Shown: positions 29,476-40,709, numbered from the stretch's first letter. The stretch is 64,000 nucleotides of DNA from Alphaproteobacteria bacterium (GCA_965205265.1 CBDBGH010000003.1:1472001-1536000); one strand, 5' to 3'. Notes: a model not told the origin generated them from the sequence alone. Numbers and translations are program-made.

Positions 29476-31035
29476 ATGGCGCGCGTCCGCAATATCCTGT
29501 TCATCATGACGGACCAGCTCCGCTGGGATTATCTCTCCTGCTACGGGCATCCGGCGCTGGAGACGCCGCATCTGGACGGGCTGGCGGAGAAGGGAACGCG
29601 CTTCACCCGCGCCTATTGCCAGTCGCCGATCTGCGGGCCGTCGCGCATGTCCTTCTATACCGGCCGCTACATGTTCAGCCACGGCGCCACATGGAACAAC
29701 GTCCCGCTGGCGGTGGGCGAACTCACGCTCGGCGACTGGCTGCGCCCGCTCGGGCTGCGCACGGCGCTGGTCGGCAAGACGCATATGGCCCCCGACCGGG
29801 AGGGCATGCAGCGACTCGGCATCGACCCGGTGAGCAATACCGGCGTGCTGCTTTCGGAATGCGGTTTCGAGCCCTGGGAGCGGGACGACGGGCTGCATCC
29901 CGACATCGGCGTCGATCCGGACCTCGCCTACAACCGCTGGCTGAGGGAGCGCGGCTATGACAGCCCGAACCCCTGGCACGATTTCGCCAACTCGGCCGAG
30001 GGGCCCGACGGCGAACAGCTCTCCGGCTGGTATCTGCGTTACGCCCCGTTGCCGGCGCGCGTGAAGGCCGAGCACTCCGAGACGGCCTACATGACCGGGC
30101 GGGCGATGGAGTTCATCCGCGAGCAGGGCGAGGAGCCCTGGTGCCTCCATCTTTCCTACATCAAGCCGCACTGGCCCTATATCGCGCCTGCGCCCTATCA
30201 CGGCCTCTACGGGGCCAACTCCGTCATCGCCGCCAACCGGCACGAGGACGAACGCCGGGACCCGCATCCGGTCCACGCCGCCTTCATGGCCCATGAGGAC
30301 AGCCGGAGCTTCGCCCGCGACGAAGTCCGGCGCGCGGTCATCCCCGCCTATATGGGGCTCGTCAAGGAGATCGACGACCATATGGGCCGCCTGTTTGCCT
30401 TTCTGGAGGAGCGGGGCCGGATGGAAGACACGATGATCGTCTTCACCAGCGACCACGGCGACTATCTGGGCGACCATTGGCTCGGCGAGAAGGAGTTGTT
30501 CCACGAAGAAAGCGTGCGCATTCCGCTGATCCTCTACGACCCGGCCGGGCGCCCCGGCGCGGTCGTGAACGACCTTGTGGAGTCGATAGACCTGGTGCCG
30601 ACCTTCGTGGAGGCGGCGGGCGGCGAGGTCCAGCCGCACCGGGTGGAAGGGCGCTCCCTGCTGCCGCTGCTCCGGGACGGAAAGGCGGAGCGGCGAGAGG
30701 CGGTGTTCTCCGAAACCGATTACGCGCACCGCGCCGCCCGTCTCACGCTCGGGCGCGGCGTGGAGGAGTCCCGCGGCTACATGGTCCGCATGGAGCGCTG
30801 GAAATATGTGTTCTGGGAAGGGTACCGCCCGCAATTGTTCGATATGGCCGCAGACCCGCTGGAACTCGCCGACCTCGGGTGCGACCCTGCCCATGCCGGC
30901 ATCCGCACGGACCTCCACGAGCGGCTGTTCGCCTGGCTCAGGGCGCGGCGCACCCGCACCACGCTTTCCGACGAAGAGGTGGCGCAGCGCACCGACGGGA
31001 GCCGCAAGCGCGGATTCATCATCGGCGTGTGGTAG
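29476..31035 (+). CDS. Sulfatase / phosphonate monoester hydrolase family protein
   Basis: NILFIMTDQ, CGPSR formylglycine motif, GKTH, SDHG. Confidence 0.9.
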   Translation: MARVRNILFIMTDQLRWDYLSCYGHPALETPHLDGLAEKGTRFTRAYCQSPICGPSRMSFYTGRYMFSHGATWNNVPLAVGELTLGDWLRPLGLRTALVGKTHMAPDREGMQRLGIDPVSNTGVLLSECGFEPWERDDGLHPDIGVDPDLAYNRWLRERGYDSPNPWHDFANSAEGPDGEQLSGWYLRYAPLPARVKAEHSETAYMTGRAMEFIREQGEEPWCLHLSYIKPHWPYIAPAPYHGLYGANSVIAANRHEDERRDPHPVHAAFMAHEDSRSFARDEVRRAVIPAYMGLVKEIDDHMGRLFAFLEERGRMEDTMIVFTSDHGDYLGDHWLGEKELFHEESVRIPLILYDPAGRPGAVVNDLVESIDLVPTFVEAAGGEVQPHRVEGRSLLPLLRDGKAERREAVFSETDYAHRAARLTLGRGVEESRGYMVRMERWKYVFWEGYRPQLFDMAADPLELADLGCDPAHAGIRTDLHERLFAWLRARRTRTTLSDEEVAQRTDGSRKRGFIIGVW

Positions 31036-31073
31036 CGCCCGGTTTTCGTTGCCTTTATGCTGCCCCCAGGCTC

Positions 31074-31811
31074 ATGTCGGAAATGCAAACCCTCATCCTC
31101 ACCGGCGCCAGCCGCGGTATCGGCCATGCCACGGCCATCAAATTCAAGGACGCCGGCTGGCGCGTCATCACCTGCTCGCGGCAGTCCTTTCCGGGCGGCA
31201 TATGTCCGTGGGGCGCGGGGCCGGAGGACCATATCGAGGTGGACCTGTCGGACCCGGAAGGGCTCGCGGTCACGATAGAGGAAATGCGCAAGCGATTGAC
31301 GGACGGGCGCGTCCACGCGCTGGTCAACAATGCCGCGGTTTCGCCCAAGGACGATGACGGCGGCAGGCTCGGCGTGCGCAACACGCGCCTCAGCGCCTGG
31401 CACCATGTCATGCAGGTCAATTTCTACGCCCCGCTGATGCTCGCGCGCGGCCTTGCGAGGGAGCTGGCCGCCGGCAACGGGTCGGTGGTGAATGTCACCT
31501 CGATTGCGGGGGGGCGGGTGCATCGCTTCGCCGGGCCCGCCTATGCCACGTCGAAAGCAGCGCTGGCGGCGCTCACCCGCGAGATGGCGGCGGAATTCGG
31601 GCCCGACGGCATTCGCGTCAACGCCATCGCGCCCGGCGAGATCGACACCCCGATGCTCTCCCCCGGCACGGACGAAATCGTCCGCGCCATCCCGGTCGGC
31701 CGCATGGGCGAGCCGGGGGAAGTCGCCGACACGATCTATTTCCTCTGCACGGACGCCTCGCGCTACATCAACGGTGCCGAAATCCACGTGAATGGCGGCC
31801 AGCACGTATAG
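31074..31811 (+). CDS. SDR family oxidoreductase (FixR-like)
   Basis: [34 protein letters not shown]. Confidence 0.85.
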   Translation: MSEMQTLILTGASRGIGHATAIKFKDAGWRVITCSRQSFPGGICPWGAGPEDHIEVDLSDPEGLAVTIEEMRKRLTDGRVHALVNNAAVSPKDDDGGRLGVRNTRLSAWHHVMQVNFYAPLMLARGLARELAAGNGSVVNVTSIAGGRVHRFAGPAYATSKAALAALTREMAAEFGPDGIRVNAIAPGEIDTPMLSPGTDEIVRAIPVGRMGEPGEVADTIYFLCTDASRYINGAEIHVNGGQHV

Positions 31812-31891
31812 GCGCGACGGGCCGCCGGGCGGTTGACCCGCGACGAGCGCCGAACCAGTTTCCGGCTACCTCTCCACAGACAGGGTTTCCC

Positions 31892-32995
31892 TTGCTCGAT
31901 CTTCCCACACCCTCCCGCGTGGTCGTCGCCATGTCCGGCGGCGTGGACAGCTCGGTCACGGCGGCGCTGCTTGCGGAGGCGGGCCATGAGGTCGTCGGCG
32001 TCACCCTGCAGCTTTACGACCACGGCACGGCCACGCAGCGCAAGGGCGCCTGCTGCGCCGGCCAGGACATCCACGACGCCCGCGCGGTCGCGGACCGGAT
32101 CGGCATCCCGCATTACGTGCTCGACTATGAGAGCCGCTTCCGGGCCGCTGTCATGGAAGACTTCGCCGACAGCTATCTCGCCGGCGAGACGCCGCTGCCC
32201 TGCGTGCAGTGCAACCGGACGGTGAAGTTCCGCGACCTGCTGGCGACGGCGCGGGACCTCGACGCGGCCGCGCTCGCCACCGGCCATTATGTGCAGCGCC
32301 TGCCGGGGCCGGAACTGCGCCGGGCCGCCGACAGCGGCAAGGACCAGAGCTATTTCCTGTTCGCGACCACCCGCGACCAGCTCGATTTCCTGCGTTTTCC
32401 GCTGGGCGGCATGCGCAAGGACCGCGTGCGGCGGGAAGCGGCGCGGCTCGCCCTGCCGGTGGCGGCGAAGCCGGACAGCCAGGACATCTGCTTCGTGCCG
32501 GACGGCCGCTACGCCGACATCGTCGCGCGGCTGCGCCCCGGCGCGCTGGAGCCGGGCGAGATCGTGGACCGGGACGGCCATGTGCTCGGCCGCCATGAGG
32601 GCATCGTCAACTTCACCGTCGGCCAGCGGCGCGGGCTGGACCTGGGCAACGCCGCCGACGGCGAGCGGCTTTACGTGCTGGCGCTCGACCCGGAGCGCCG
32701 CAGGGTCGTCGTCGGACCCCGCGAGGCGCTCGGACGCCGGCGCTTCCGGGTCCGCAAGGTGAATTGGCTCGGCGACGGCGATGCGCCGGCAGAGGGGCAG
32801 AAGGCCGAGGTGCGTATCCGGTCGAGCGCCCCGCCCCGGCCGGCAGTCCTCCATCCGCAGAACGACGGCGTGGAAATCCTTCTGGACGAGCCGGAATTCG
32901 GCATCGCCGCCGGGCAGGCCGCGGTTTTCTACGATGGCGACCGGGTTCTCGGCGGCGGCTGGATCGTCCGGGAGCAGGGGAATCCGACCGGCTAG
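31892..32995 (+). CDS. mnmA: tRNA 2-thiouridylase
   Basis: [37 protein letters not shown]. Confidence 0.95.
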   Translation: MLDLPTPSRVVVAMSGGVDSSVTAALLAEAGHEVVGVTLQLYDHGTATQRKGACCAGQDIHDARAVADRIGIPHYVLDYESRFRAAVMEDFADSYLAGETPLPCVQCNRTVKFRDLLATARDLDAAALATGHYVQRLPGPELRRAADSGKDQSYFLFATTRDQLDFLRFPLGGMRKDRVRREAARLALPVAAKPDSQDICFVPDGRYADIVARLRPGALEPGEIVDRDGHVLGRHEGIVNFTVGQRRGLDLGNAADGERLYVLALDPERRRVVVGPREALGRRRFRVRKVNWLGDGDAPAEGQKAEVRIRSSAPPRPAVLHPQNDGVEILLDEPEFGIAAGQAAVFYDGDRVLGGGWIVREQGNPTG

Positions 32996-34046
32996 AGCGG
33001 AATCCGATCATGTTGCGGAGTATCCTGCGGCGTTGAAGTAGTTTTTGCATTCTTGCGGTGAGAAGGTCTGGGAGATTTGTCCGATGGTGTTCCAGAGGCC
33101 GTCGACAGTTCTCTCGGCAGCTTTTCGTAGCCTTGCCTTGAGCTTTGCGAAGGCGAGTTCGATGGGATTGAAGTCAGGGCTGTAGGGCGGCAGGAAGAGG
33201 AGTTGCGCGCCGGCGTCCTCGATCATCTTGCAAACCCTGGGTCCCTTGTGGCTTGAGAGGTTGTCCATGACGACGATATCGCCGGGCCTCAGTTCGGGGA
33301 CGAGGACCACTTTGACGTAGGCCTCGAAGGCATCGCGGTCGATGGCGCCGGAGAGCACGAAGGGGGCAATCATGCCGCGCGGCGTGAGCCCGGCGACGAA
33401 GGTGGTTGTGTTCCAGTGTCCGTGAGGGACGGCCATGCGCAGACGTTTGCCGCGCGGGGCCCAGCCGTGGGTGCGGGCCATGTTGGTCTTGGCCCCTGTC
33501 TCATCGATGAACACCAGCCGGTCGGGGTCGAGGCCGGGCTGGCTGTCGCGCCAGGTGCGCCGTCGGCTCAGCACGTCCGGGCGATCCTGCTCCGCCGCCT
33601 GGCCGGTCTTTTTTTGCGCGTGATGGCGTGGCGCACGAGGAAGCGCTGTATCGCCCCGTAGCTGAAGGCGAGGCCCCGGTCCCCGAGAGCCGCGCGCAAC
33701 TCCTCGATGGTCATGTCCCGCTTCTCCTCAAGAAGACCCAGGATCACATCGCGCTGCGCTTCGATCCGCCCCGAGCGACGGTCCCCGCCAAGCGCCTTCG
33801 GGCGCGCGTCTCCCTGTTCGCGCGCCAGCGCACGCCAGCGGCTCACGCTCGCCGCACTCACCCCAAAACGCGCACCGGCCGCTCTATGGCTCATGCCCGC
33901 ACATACCGCCGACAGAACCCGATTACGAAGATCAAGGGAAAGCGCTTTCGGCATCTCAGCCGGCCTCCTCATCCCGGCCGACAGCTTGAATCACAAATCA
34001 ATCGCCCCGTGAATCCCCCTCGATTCAATCAGGTCAGATCATGCTC
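32995..34046 (-). mobile_element. IS630-family insertion sequence (~1052 bp), TA target duplication
   Basis: Imperfect TIRs GAGCGGAATCCGATCATGTTG / GAGCATGATCTGACCTGATTG; TA at 32993-32994 and 34047-34048. Confidence 0.92.
33008..33954 (-). CDS. IS630 transposase in two ORFs joined by a probable programmed -1 frameshift
   Basis: ORF A HTH (MPKALSLDLR); ORF B DDE (FIDETG, MDNL..HK, PPYSPDFNPIE); slippery AAAAAAAG on the minus strand at 33615-33608. Confidence 0.9.
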
Positions 34047-34822
34047 TAGCCCTTGCGCTTCGCCAGGCGCTCCAGCGTTTCGGCGATCATCCGTTTCGGT
34101 TCGTCGGTCTCCATGGCGCGCACGAGGCTGCGGATGCCGGCCTGGATCGCGTCGCCTACCGGCATCGCTTCCCATTCGCGAATCAGCTCTTTCTGCAGCC
34201 GGATGGCGCGCGGGCCGCCTTCCAGAATCCGTTCGACCCAATGCTCGACCGCATCGTCGAGTTCCCCGGCGGGCACGACTTTCTCCACCAGCCCCCAGGA
34301 GAGCGCTTCCGCCGCGTCGATATTCTCGCCCGTGTAGCAGAGCAGCTTCGCCCTGCCCCAGCCGATCAGTTGCGGAAAGAGCGCCGCCTCCACGACCGAC
34401 GGCAGACCGACCCTGACCTCCGGCATGCCGAGCACGGCATTGTCCGACGCCACCCGCATATCGCAGGCCGCCGCCACCTCCAGCCCGGCGCCGAGGCAAT
34501 AGCCGTTGATCCGCCCGATCACCGGCACGGGGCAGTCCCGCAGCGCCTTCGACATGAGGTGGATGCGGGTAATGAAGGCGCGGCCGGACACGGGGTCGAG
34601 GGTGCCGAGTTCGCGCAGGTCCGCCCCGCCCATGAACGCCTTGGGGCCGTTGCCGGTCACCACGACCGCTCGGAGGTCGCTCCGTTCCGAAAATGCATTG
34701 ACCGCATCGGCGAATGCCTGCGCCGTCGCGCCGCTCAGGCAATTCAAGCGGCGCTCATTGTCGATGGCGACGCGGGCCACGCCGCGTTCGTCAATGCTGG
34801 CTTCGATCAATCCTTCAGGCAT
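34046..34822 (-). CDS. Enoyl-CoA hydratase family protein
   Basis: AFMGGADL, GYCLGAGLE, GMPEV. Confidence 0.9.
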   Translation of the reverse strand: MPEGLIEASIDERGVARVAIDNERRLNCLSGATAQAFADAVNAFSERSDLRAVVVTGNGPKAFMGGADLRELGTLDPVSGRAFITRIHLMSKALRDCPVPVIGRINGYCLGAGLEVAAACDMRVASDNAVLGMPEVRVGLPSVVEAALFPQLIGWGRAKLLCYTGENIDAAEALSWGLVEKVVPAGELDDAVEHWVERILEGGPRAIRLQKELIREWEAMPVGDAIQAGIRSLVRAMETDEPKRMIAETLERLAKRKG

Positions 34823-34886
34823 CCGCCGCAAGCCCCTCCAATGTCCTGGTTACAAAGGTCGTATGACTTCGGTTCAGCGACACCGC

Positions 34887-34973
34887 CGTCATGGCCGGAC
34901 TTGTTCCGGCCATCCACTCCTCATACTGCATCCGCCCCCGAGAGAGATGCCCGGAACAAGTCCGGGCATGACG
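34887..34973. repeat. REP-like palindrome (GTCATGxCCGGACTTGTTCCGG family)
   Basis: CGTCATGGCCGGACTTGTTCCGGCCATC...GATGCCCGGAACAAGTCCGGGCATGACG. Confidence 0.88.
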
Positions 34974-35018
34974 AGAGAGGACGCAGCACGAAGGCACCCG
35001 AACTTCTCCGTCACGGCA

Positions 35019-35801
35019 CTAAAACAGCGAATAGGCGCCGTCGATGACGAAGGTGTCGCCGGAGTGGTAGCGGCTGGCGTCGGAGACGAGATAGACCGCG
35101 ATGCCGCCGAAATCCTCCTTCTCCCCCCAGCGGCCCGCCGGCACCCGCGGCAGCACGGCGTCGCGGAAGCGGTCCCAGTTAAAGGCGGGCTCCGTCATCG
35201 GGGTCTCGATCCAGCCCGGCAGCACGCTGTTGGCGCGGATGCCGTTGCGCCCGTATTCGACCGCGAGCGCGCGCATCATGGCGATCAGTGCGCCCTTGCC
35301 GGCGCCGTAATGCTCGCCCCGCGCCTGGCCCATGATGGCGGCGAGGCTCGATGTCGCGGCCAGCGAACCGGCGATCCCCTGCTCAACCATGTGGCCCGCT
35401 GCCGCGCGGAGCGTGAAGAACACGCCGTCCAGATTGACGTCCAGCACCCGGCGCCATTCCGCCGTCGTCATGGTCGAGAAACCGCCCTTGAGCGCGCGGC
35501 GGTCCGAGGAGACGCCGGCATTGGCGAAGCAGGCGGTGACCTTGCCGAGTGCGGCCACCGTCTCCGCGAAGCGTTCGGCGACCTCTTCCTCGTCGGACAC
35601 ATCGCAGCGCAAGGCCAGCGATTTCACATCGTACTGCCGCAGCACTTCGAGCGCGGCGGCGTTCTTTTCCTCGTTCGTGCCCCAGATGCAGACATCGCCG
35701 CCCGCCTGCGCGATGGCTTCCGCGAAGCCGAGGCCGATGCCGCTGTTGCCGCCGGTAATCAGCGCCGCCTTGCCGGCGAGGTTGAAAGGCTCATAGGCCA
35801 T
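35019..35801 (-). CDS. SDR family oxidoreductase
   Basis: TGGNSGIG, NAG, Y.A.K, PGWIET. Confidence 0.9.
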   Translation of the reverse strand: MAYEPFNLAGKAALITGGNSGIGLGFAEAIAQAGGDVCIWGTNEEKNAAALEVLRQYDVKSLALRCDVSDEEEVAERFAETVAALGKVTACFANAGVSSDRRALKGGFSTMTTAEWRRVLDVNLDGVFFTLRAAAGHMVEQGIAGSLAATSSLAAIMGQARGEHYGAGKGALIAMMRALAVEYGRNGIRANSVLPGWIETPMTEPAFNWDRFRDAVLPRVPAGRWGEKEDFGGIAVYLVSDASRYHSGDTFVIDGAYSLF

Positions 35802-35831
35802 GGATTGCGCTTCCTTTCACGGGCGCCGGGT

Positions 35832-37205
35832 TTACATGCCCGGAGGAGTCCCCAGGCGGCGGGAGGCAGGGCCGATAACGGATTCGACCGCGAGGCCGAT
35901 GGAAATCAACCGCTCATCCATGCCGCGCCCGGCGAGGAGTTGCAGGCCGACCGGCATGCCGTTGCCGTCGAGGCCAGCCGGGATCGTAAGCCCGCAAAGC
36001 TCAAGCAGGTTGCCCGGCATGGTGTTGCGGAGCGCGGCCATGTTGTGCGTCCGGTAGCCTTCGCCCTCGGCTGCGTGCTGCAGCAGCGGGGCGGTAATCG
36101 GCGTCGTCGGCCCGACGATTGCGTCGATGCCGGCAAGCCGGGCGTTCGCTGCCGCGGCCGCGCGCGCGATCCGCATCTTCCGCCCCATATACTCCGTCGA
36201 GGTCAATGTCCCGAAGGCCTCGAAGCGGCTGCGGACATTCGGGTCGAGCGTCGCCTTGAATTCGGGCAGTTCGTTTTCGATGAAAGCAACGAACTCGGGC
36301 ACTGCCAGCCCGCCTTCCGCGAAGATCGCCCTGGCGTCGGCCATTTCCGGCAAGTCGAAGGATTCCACGGTCACGCCGCGACTTTCCAGCTCGCCAAGGG
36401 CAGCGCGCACGATCTCCGCCACGCCCGGACCGCAGTCCTCGAACAGGCTCTTGATCACGCCGAGCCTGAGGTGGGCCGGGTCCGCGGGCTCCGGCGGCGT
36501 CCGGCAGATCGGGTCTATCGCCGCGAAGGCAAGAGCTGCGTCCGCGACCGAGCGGGTCAAGACACCGGCGGTATCGAGAGACGGGCTGAGCGGCACGATG
36601 CCCTGGAGCGACCAGCGTCCGTAGCTCGTCTTGAGGCCGACCGTGCCGGTGAAGCTCGCCGGAACGCGCACCGAACCCGCCGTGTCGGAGCCGAGCGCCG
36701 CGACTGCCGTGCCCTCCAGCAGCGAGACGCCGGCCCCGGCGCTGGAGCCGCCCGGCACGCGGTGCGACTCGCCGCCCCAGGGGTTGCGCGGCGTGCCCCA
36801 GTGCAGGTTCGACCCGATGCCGCCGAAAGCGAACTCGACCGTGTGCGTCTTGCCGGTAATGACGGCGAGGCCGTTTCGCACGGCCGCGACGACCGGCCCT
36901 TCTGCCTCCCAGGAGGCGGGCAGCGGCTTCGGGGCGCCGGCATGGGTTGGCGTTCCGGCAAGCCCGAACAGGTCCTTGACCGACACCGGCAGGCCCTGCA
37001 ACGGCCCGAAATCGAGACCCTCGGCGAAGGCGGCATCGGCCAGATCGGCCGCGCGGGCAGCGTGGCCCGGCATCCACAGCTTGTAGGCGCCGAGCGCCTC
37101 GTTGCGGTTTTGAAGCGCCTGCTCCAGCAGGCCGCGCGCCGTCGCCCGGCCGGCCCGCAGCGCCTGGCCGAGTTCGGCAATGGTGGCAGAGTAAATGTCG
37201 GTCAT
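35832..37205 (-). CDS. Amidase signature family protein
   Basis: KD, GKT, PGGSSAG, GSDTAGSVR.PA. Confidence 0.9.
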   Translation of the reverse strand: MTDIYSATIAELGQALRAGRATARGLLEQALQNRNEALGAYKLWMPGHAARAADLADAAFAEGLDFGPLQGLPVSVKDLFGLAGTPTHAGAPKPLPASWEAEGPVVAAVRNGLAVITGKTHTVEFAFGGIGSNLHWGTPRNPWGGESHRVPGGSSAGAGVSLLEGTAVAALGSDTAGSVRVPASFTGTVGLKTSYGRWSLQGIVPLSPSLDTAGVLTRSVADAALAFAAIDPICRTPPEPADPAHLRLGVIKSLFEDCGPGVAEIVRAALGELESRGVTVESFDLPEMADARAIFAEGGLAVPEFVAFIENELPEFKATLDPNVRSRFEAFGTLTSTEYMGRKMRIARAAAAANARLAGIDAIVGPTTPITAPLLQHAAEGEGYRTHNMAALRNTMPGNLLELCGLTIPAGLDGNGMPVGLQLLAGRGMDERLISIGLAVESVIGPASRRLGTPPGM

Positions 37206-37303
37206 CGCGCTCCGACTGTAGGACGCGGCCCGGCAAAATCCTAGCTGCGGCCGCCCCGGTTCGTGCTTAAATGCCCGCAGCCGCAGACGACGAGGAATGC
37301 CCG

Positions 37304-38272
37304 ATGCCGAGCTTCACCGTGGAACTCGAAGCCCCCGATATATCGCCATACAAATCCGGCAATACCGGCATCGATTATGTCCACCGTTTCGACAGCGGCG
37401 CGCCGGGCCCGCATGTGCTCGTCAATGCCATCACCCACGGCAACGAGATTTGCGGAGCCATCGCGCTCGATTTCCTGTTCCGCGAGCGCATCCGGCCGCG
37501 GCGGGGCGTGCTGACGCTTTCCTTCGCCAATATTGCGGCCTATGAGCGTTTCAGCCCAAGGGATCCCGGCGCGTCGCGGTTCGTCGATGAGGACTTCAAC
37601 CGGGTGTGGACGCTCGAAACCCTGGAGGGGCCGCGGCAGAGTGTCGAGCTTGCGCGCGCCCGCGAACTCCGCCCCACGTTCGAGCAGGCCGACTTCCTGC
37701 TGGATGTCCATTCCATGAGCACGGCGTCGGTCCCGCTCATGCTCTGCCACGGCCTGGAGAAAGAGCGCACCTTCGCCCTCAAGGTGGGCTATCCGGGAAC
37801 GATCGTCTGCGGGCCGGGCCATGTGGAAGGTCTCAGGATGATCGAGCACAGGCCCTTCAACGACCCGGCGAACCCGCAGGTGGCGCTGCTCGTGGAGGCG
37901 GGCGAGCACTGGGCGTCTTCAACGGCCGTGCATGCGCTCGATACCGTGCTGCGCTTTCTCGCTGCCTCGGGAAGCCTCGACTTCGCCGATGTCCAAGCCC
38001 ATATCGCCGACAGGGCGCCGCCCCGGCCGCGCCTGCTGGAGGTGACCGATGGCATCGTCGCTCGGACCGACCGGTTCCGCTTTATGGCGCCCTATGTCGG
38101 CTGCGAGGTGTTCGAGCGGGCCGGCACGGTCATCGCCCGCGACGGCGACCGGGACATCGCGACGCCCTATGACGGAGCGATCCTGATCATGCCGAACCAC
38201 TCCGGCCCCGGGCCGGGACGCAAGGGGCGCATTTGCCGCCCGATCGGCGAAGGAAGCGCCGATGGCGCATAA
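37304..38272 (+). CDS. Succinylglutamate desuccinylase/aspartoacylase (M14-like) protein
   Basis: HGNE, DFNR, LLDVHS, VEAG.H. Confidence 0.85.
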   Translation: MPSFTVELEAPDISPYKSGNTGIDYVHRFDSGAPGPHVLVNAITHGNEICGAIALDFLFRERIRPRRGVLTLSFANIAAYERFSPRDPGASRFVDEDFNRVWTLETLEGPRQSVELARARELRPTFEQADFLLDVHSMSTASVPLMLCHGLEKERTFALKVGYPGTIVCGPGHVEGLRMIEHRPFNDPANPQVALLVEAGEHWASSTAVHALDTVLRFLAASGSLDFADVQAHIADRAPPRPRLLEVTDGIVARTDRFRFMAPYVGCEVFERAGTVIARDGDRDIATPYDGAILIMPNHSGPGPGRKGRICRPIGEGSADGA

Positions 38273-38987
38273 GGCCCGGCGGAGCACCGCGCGGCGAACG
38301 CGCGTCCGGGCGGCCCGGTTCGGCCGCAGCCTGCCGCTTCGGTTCCGCAACTATGTGATTGCCGGCGTCCTCGTCACCGCTCCCATCGGCATTACCGCGT
38401 GGCTCGCGTGGCAGATCGTCCAGTTCTTCGATTCGAGAATCCGGGGAATCATCCCCGAAGGCTACAACCCGGAACAGTATCTGCCCTTCTCGATACCGGG
38501 CATCGGCTTGATTATCTTCGTAATTGCGCTTTCGTTGGTCGGCTACCTGGCTGCCGGCCTGATGGGCCGGACAATGATCCGGGCCGGCGAGCGCCTGTTG
38601 AACCGCATGCCGGTCGTGCGCACCGTCTATGGCGCGCTCAAGCAGATTTTCGAAACCGTGCTGGCGCACAAGTCCTCGGCCTTCCGGCAGGTGGTGCTTG
38701 TGGAATATCCGCGGCGCGGCCTCTGGTGCCTCGCCTTCGTTTCGGGCGTGACCGAGGGCGAAGTACAGAACCTGACGGAAGACGAGCTGGTGAACATCTT
38801 CCTGCCGACGACGCCCAACCCCACTTCCGGCTTCCTCCTGTTCGTGCCGAGGAGGGACCTGACGCCGCTTTCCATGACCGTCGAGGAGGGCATCAAGATG
38901 GTGGTCTCCGGCGGCATTGTGACGCCGCCCGACCGGCGTCCCGAGGAAGAGCGCAGCATCCCGAAAATTCCGGCCGAATCGACGTGA
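38262..38987 (+). CDS. DUF502 membrane protein
   Basis: VEYPR.G, PTTPNPTSGF. Confidence 0.9.
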   Translation: MAHKARRSTARRTRVRAARFGRSLPLRFRNYVIAGVLVTAPIGITAWLAWQIVQFFDSRIRGIIPEGYNPEQYLPFSIPGIGLIIFVIALSLVGYLAAGLMGRTMIRAGERLLNRMPVVRTVYGALKQIFETVLAHKSSAFRQVVLVEYPRRGLWCLAFVSGVTEGEVQNLTEDELVNIFLPTTPNPTSGFLLFVPRRDLTPLSMTVEEGIKMVVSGGIVTPPDRRPEEERSIPKIPAEST

Positions 38988-39799
38988 AGGTGGACCTCGA
39001 AAGGGTTGCGTCGGTCATCCGTGAGACCGCCGCAGCCGAGATGGTGCGGCAATTCACCGATCTCGACCCCGGCGATATCGGCGAAAAGTCCCCCAACGAT
39101 TTCGTCACCGCCGTCGATCTGGCGATGGAGGCGCGCTTCGCAAAGCGGCTGCCGGACCTGCTGCCGGGCTCGGTGCTGGTCGGCGAGGAGGCCGCCGCGG
39201 CCGACCCGGGCGTGCTCGACCGCCTGGGCGAAGACCGGCCCGTCTGGGTCGTCGATCCGCTGGACGGAACGGCGAATTTCGCGTCCGGCTATCCGCTCTT
39301 CTGCACCATCGTGGCGCTTGTGTCCGGCGGCGAGACGGTAGCGGGCTGGATCTACGACCCGTTCTCCGAGCGCATGGCGGCGGCGGAGCGCGGCGGCGGC
39401 GCCTTCATGGGCGAACGCAGGCTCAACGTGATCCGGCCCGCCAGCCTGCGCGACATGAACGGCGCGATCTACGGGTACAAGTTCCGGTCGAGCGACGCCT
39501 ATCGCGAGATCTGGGGGCGCGGGCGGGGGCAGCTCGGCCACTGTTTCAATACGCGCTGCGTCGGGCAGGAATATCTCGCGCGCCTCATCGGGCGGGCGCA
39601 TTTCGGCCTTTATACCCGGCTCAATCCCTGGGACCATGCCGCCGGCTGCCTGCTGCACGAGGAAGCGGGCGGCGCGGCCGCCATGCATGACGGCGCGCCC
39701 TACCGGCCGCTGGGGCCGCGCCAGGGCCTGCTGGTGGCGCCGGACTGGGACATCTGGCGCCAGATCGAGACTGACCTGATCCGCCGCGTCCCGCTATGA
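38984..39799 (+). CDS. Inositol monophosphatase family protein
   Basis: DFVT.VD, GEE, WVVDPLDGTANF, PWDHAAG. Confidence 0.9.
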   Translation: MKVDLERVASVIRETAAAEMVRQFTDLDPGDIGEKSPNDFVTAVDLAMEARFAKRLPDLLPGSVLVGEEAAAADPGVLDRLGEDRPVWVVDPLDGTANFASGYPLFCTIVALVSGGETVAGWIYDPFSERMAAAERGGGAFMGERRLNVIRPASLRDMNGAIYGYKFRSSDAYREIWGRGRGQLGHCFNTRCVGQEYLARLIGRAHFGLYTRLNPWDHAAGCLLHEEAGGAAAMHDGAPYRPLGPRQGLLVAPDWDIWRQIETDLIRRVPL

Positions 39800-39833
39800 T
39801 GAGGGCGGTTCCCGGAATGCGGATTTCACCACC

Positions 39834-40709
39834 ATGAACACAGCTTCGCTTGCATTCGTCGGCCTGGGCGTCATGGGCTTCCCGATGGCGGGGCACCTTG
39901 CCGCGGCCGGCCACAAGGTCACCGTCTATAACCGCACCCGCGAGAAGGCCGAGGCCTGGACCGCTGCCCACTCCGGCGATAGCGCCGCAACGCCCCGCGA
40001 GGCGGCGGCGGGCGCAGACATCGTGTTCTCCTGCGTGGGCAACGACGGCGACGTGCGCAGCGTCGTCTATGGCGAGGACGGCATCTTCGCCGGCATCCGG
40101 CCGGGCTCGGTGTTCGTGGACCACACCACCGCCTCGGCGGACCTGGCGCGCGAACTCTATGCGGAAGGCAAGGAACGCGGCATCGCCTGCATCGACGCGC
40201 CGGTGTCGGGCGGCCAGGCGGGCGCAGAGAACGGCGTGCTCACCGTCATGTGCGGCGGCGACAGCGAGCCCTTCGAGCGCGCCCGGCCGGCCATGACCTG
40301 CTACGGGCGGGCGGTGACGCTGCTGGGGGCGCCCGGCAACGGGCAACTCACCAAGATGGTGAACCAGATCGCGATAGCCGGCCTGCTGCAGGGGCTGTCC
40401 GAGGCGCTCAATATGGGCCTCAAGGCCGGACTCGACATGCCGCTCGTGCTGGAGGTCATTTCCAAGGGTGCCGCAGGCTCCTGGCAGATGGACAATCGCG
40501 GCCAGACCATGATCGACGACAAGTTCGACTTCGGCTTCGCCGTGGACTGGATGCGCAAGGACCTCGCGATCTGCCTGGCGGAAGCCGAGCGCAACGGCGC
40601 GCGCCTGCCGATGACCGCCGCCATCGACCAGTTCTACAAGCATGTCCAGCAGGAAGGCGGCGGGCGCTGGGACACCTCCGCCCTCATCCACCTGCTGCGC
40701 AATACCTGA
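39834..40709 (+). CDS. 3-hydroxyisobutyrate dehydrogenase / tartronate semialdehyde reductase family protein
   Basis: GLGVMG.PMA, DAPVSGG, K..NQ. Confidence 0.9.
   Translation: MNTASLAFVGLGVMGFPMAGHLAAAGHKVTVYNRTREKAEAWTAAHSGDSAATPREAAAGADIVFSCVGNDGDVRSVVYGEDGIFAGIRPGSVFVDHTTASADLARELYAEGKERGIACIDAPVSGGQAGAENGVLTVMCGGDSEPFERARPAMTCYGRAVTLLGAPGNGQLTKMVNQIAIAGLLQGLSEALNMGLKAGLDMPLVLEVISKGAAGSWQMDNRGQTMIDDKFDFGFAVDWMRKDLAICLAEAERNGARLPMTAAIDQFYKHVQQEGGGRWDTSALIHLLRNT

Noticed and set aside
33568-33620. IS630 transposase as a pseudogene
   Set aside because: The break sits at an A7G slippery site typical of programmed frameshifting in this family, and the ends and DDE motifs are intact.
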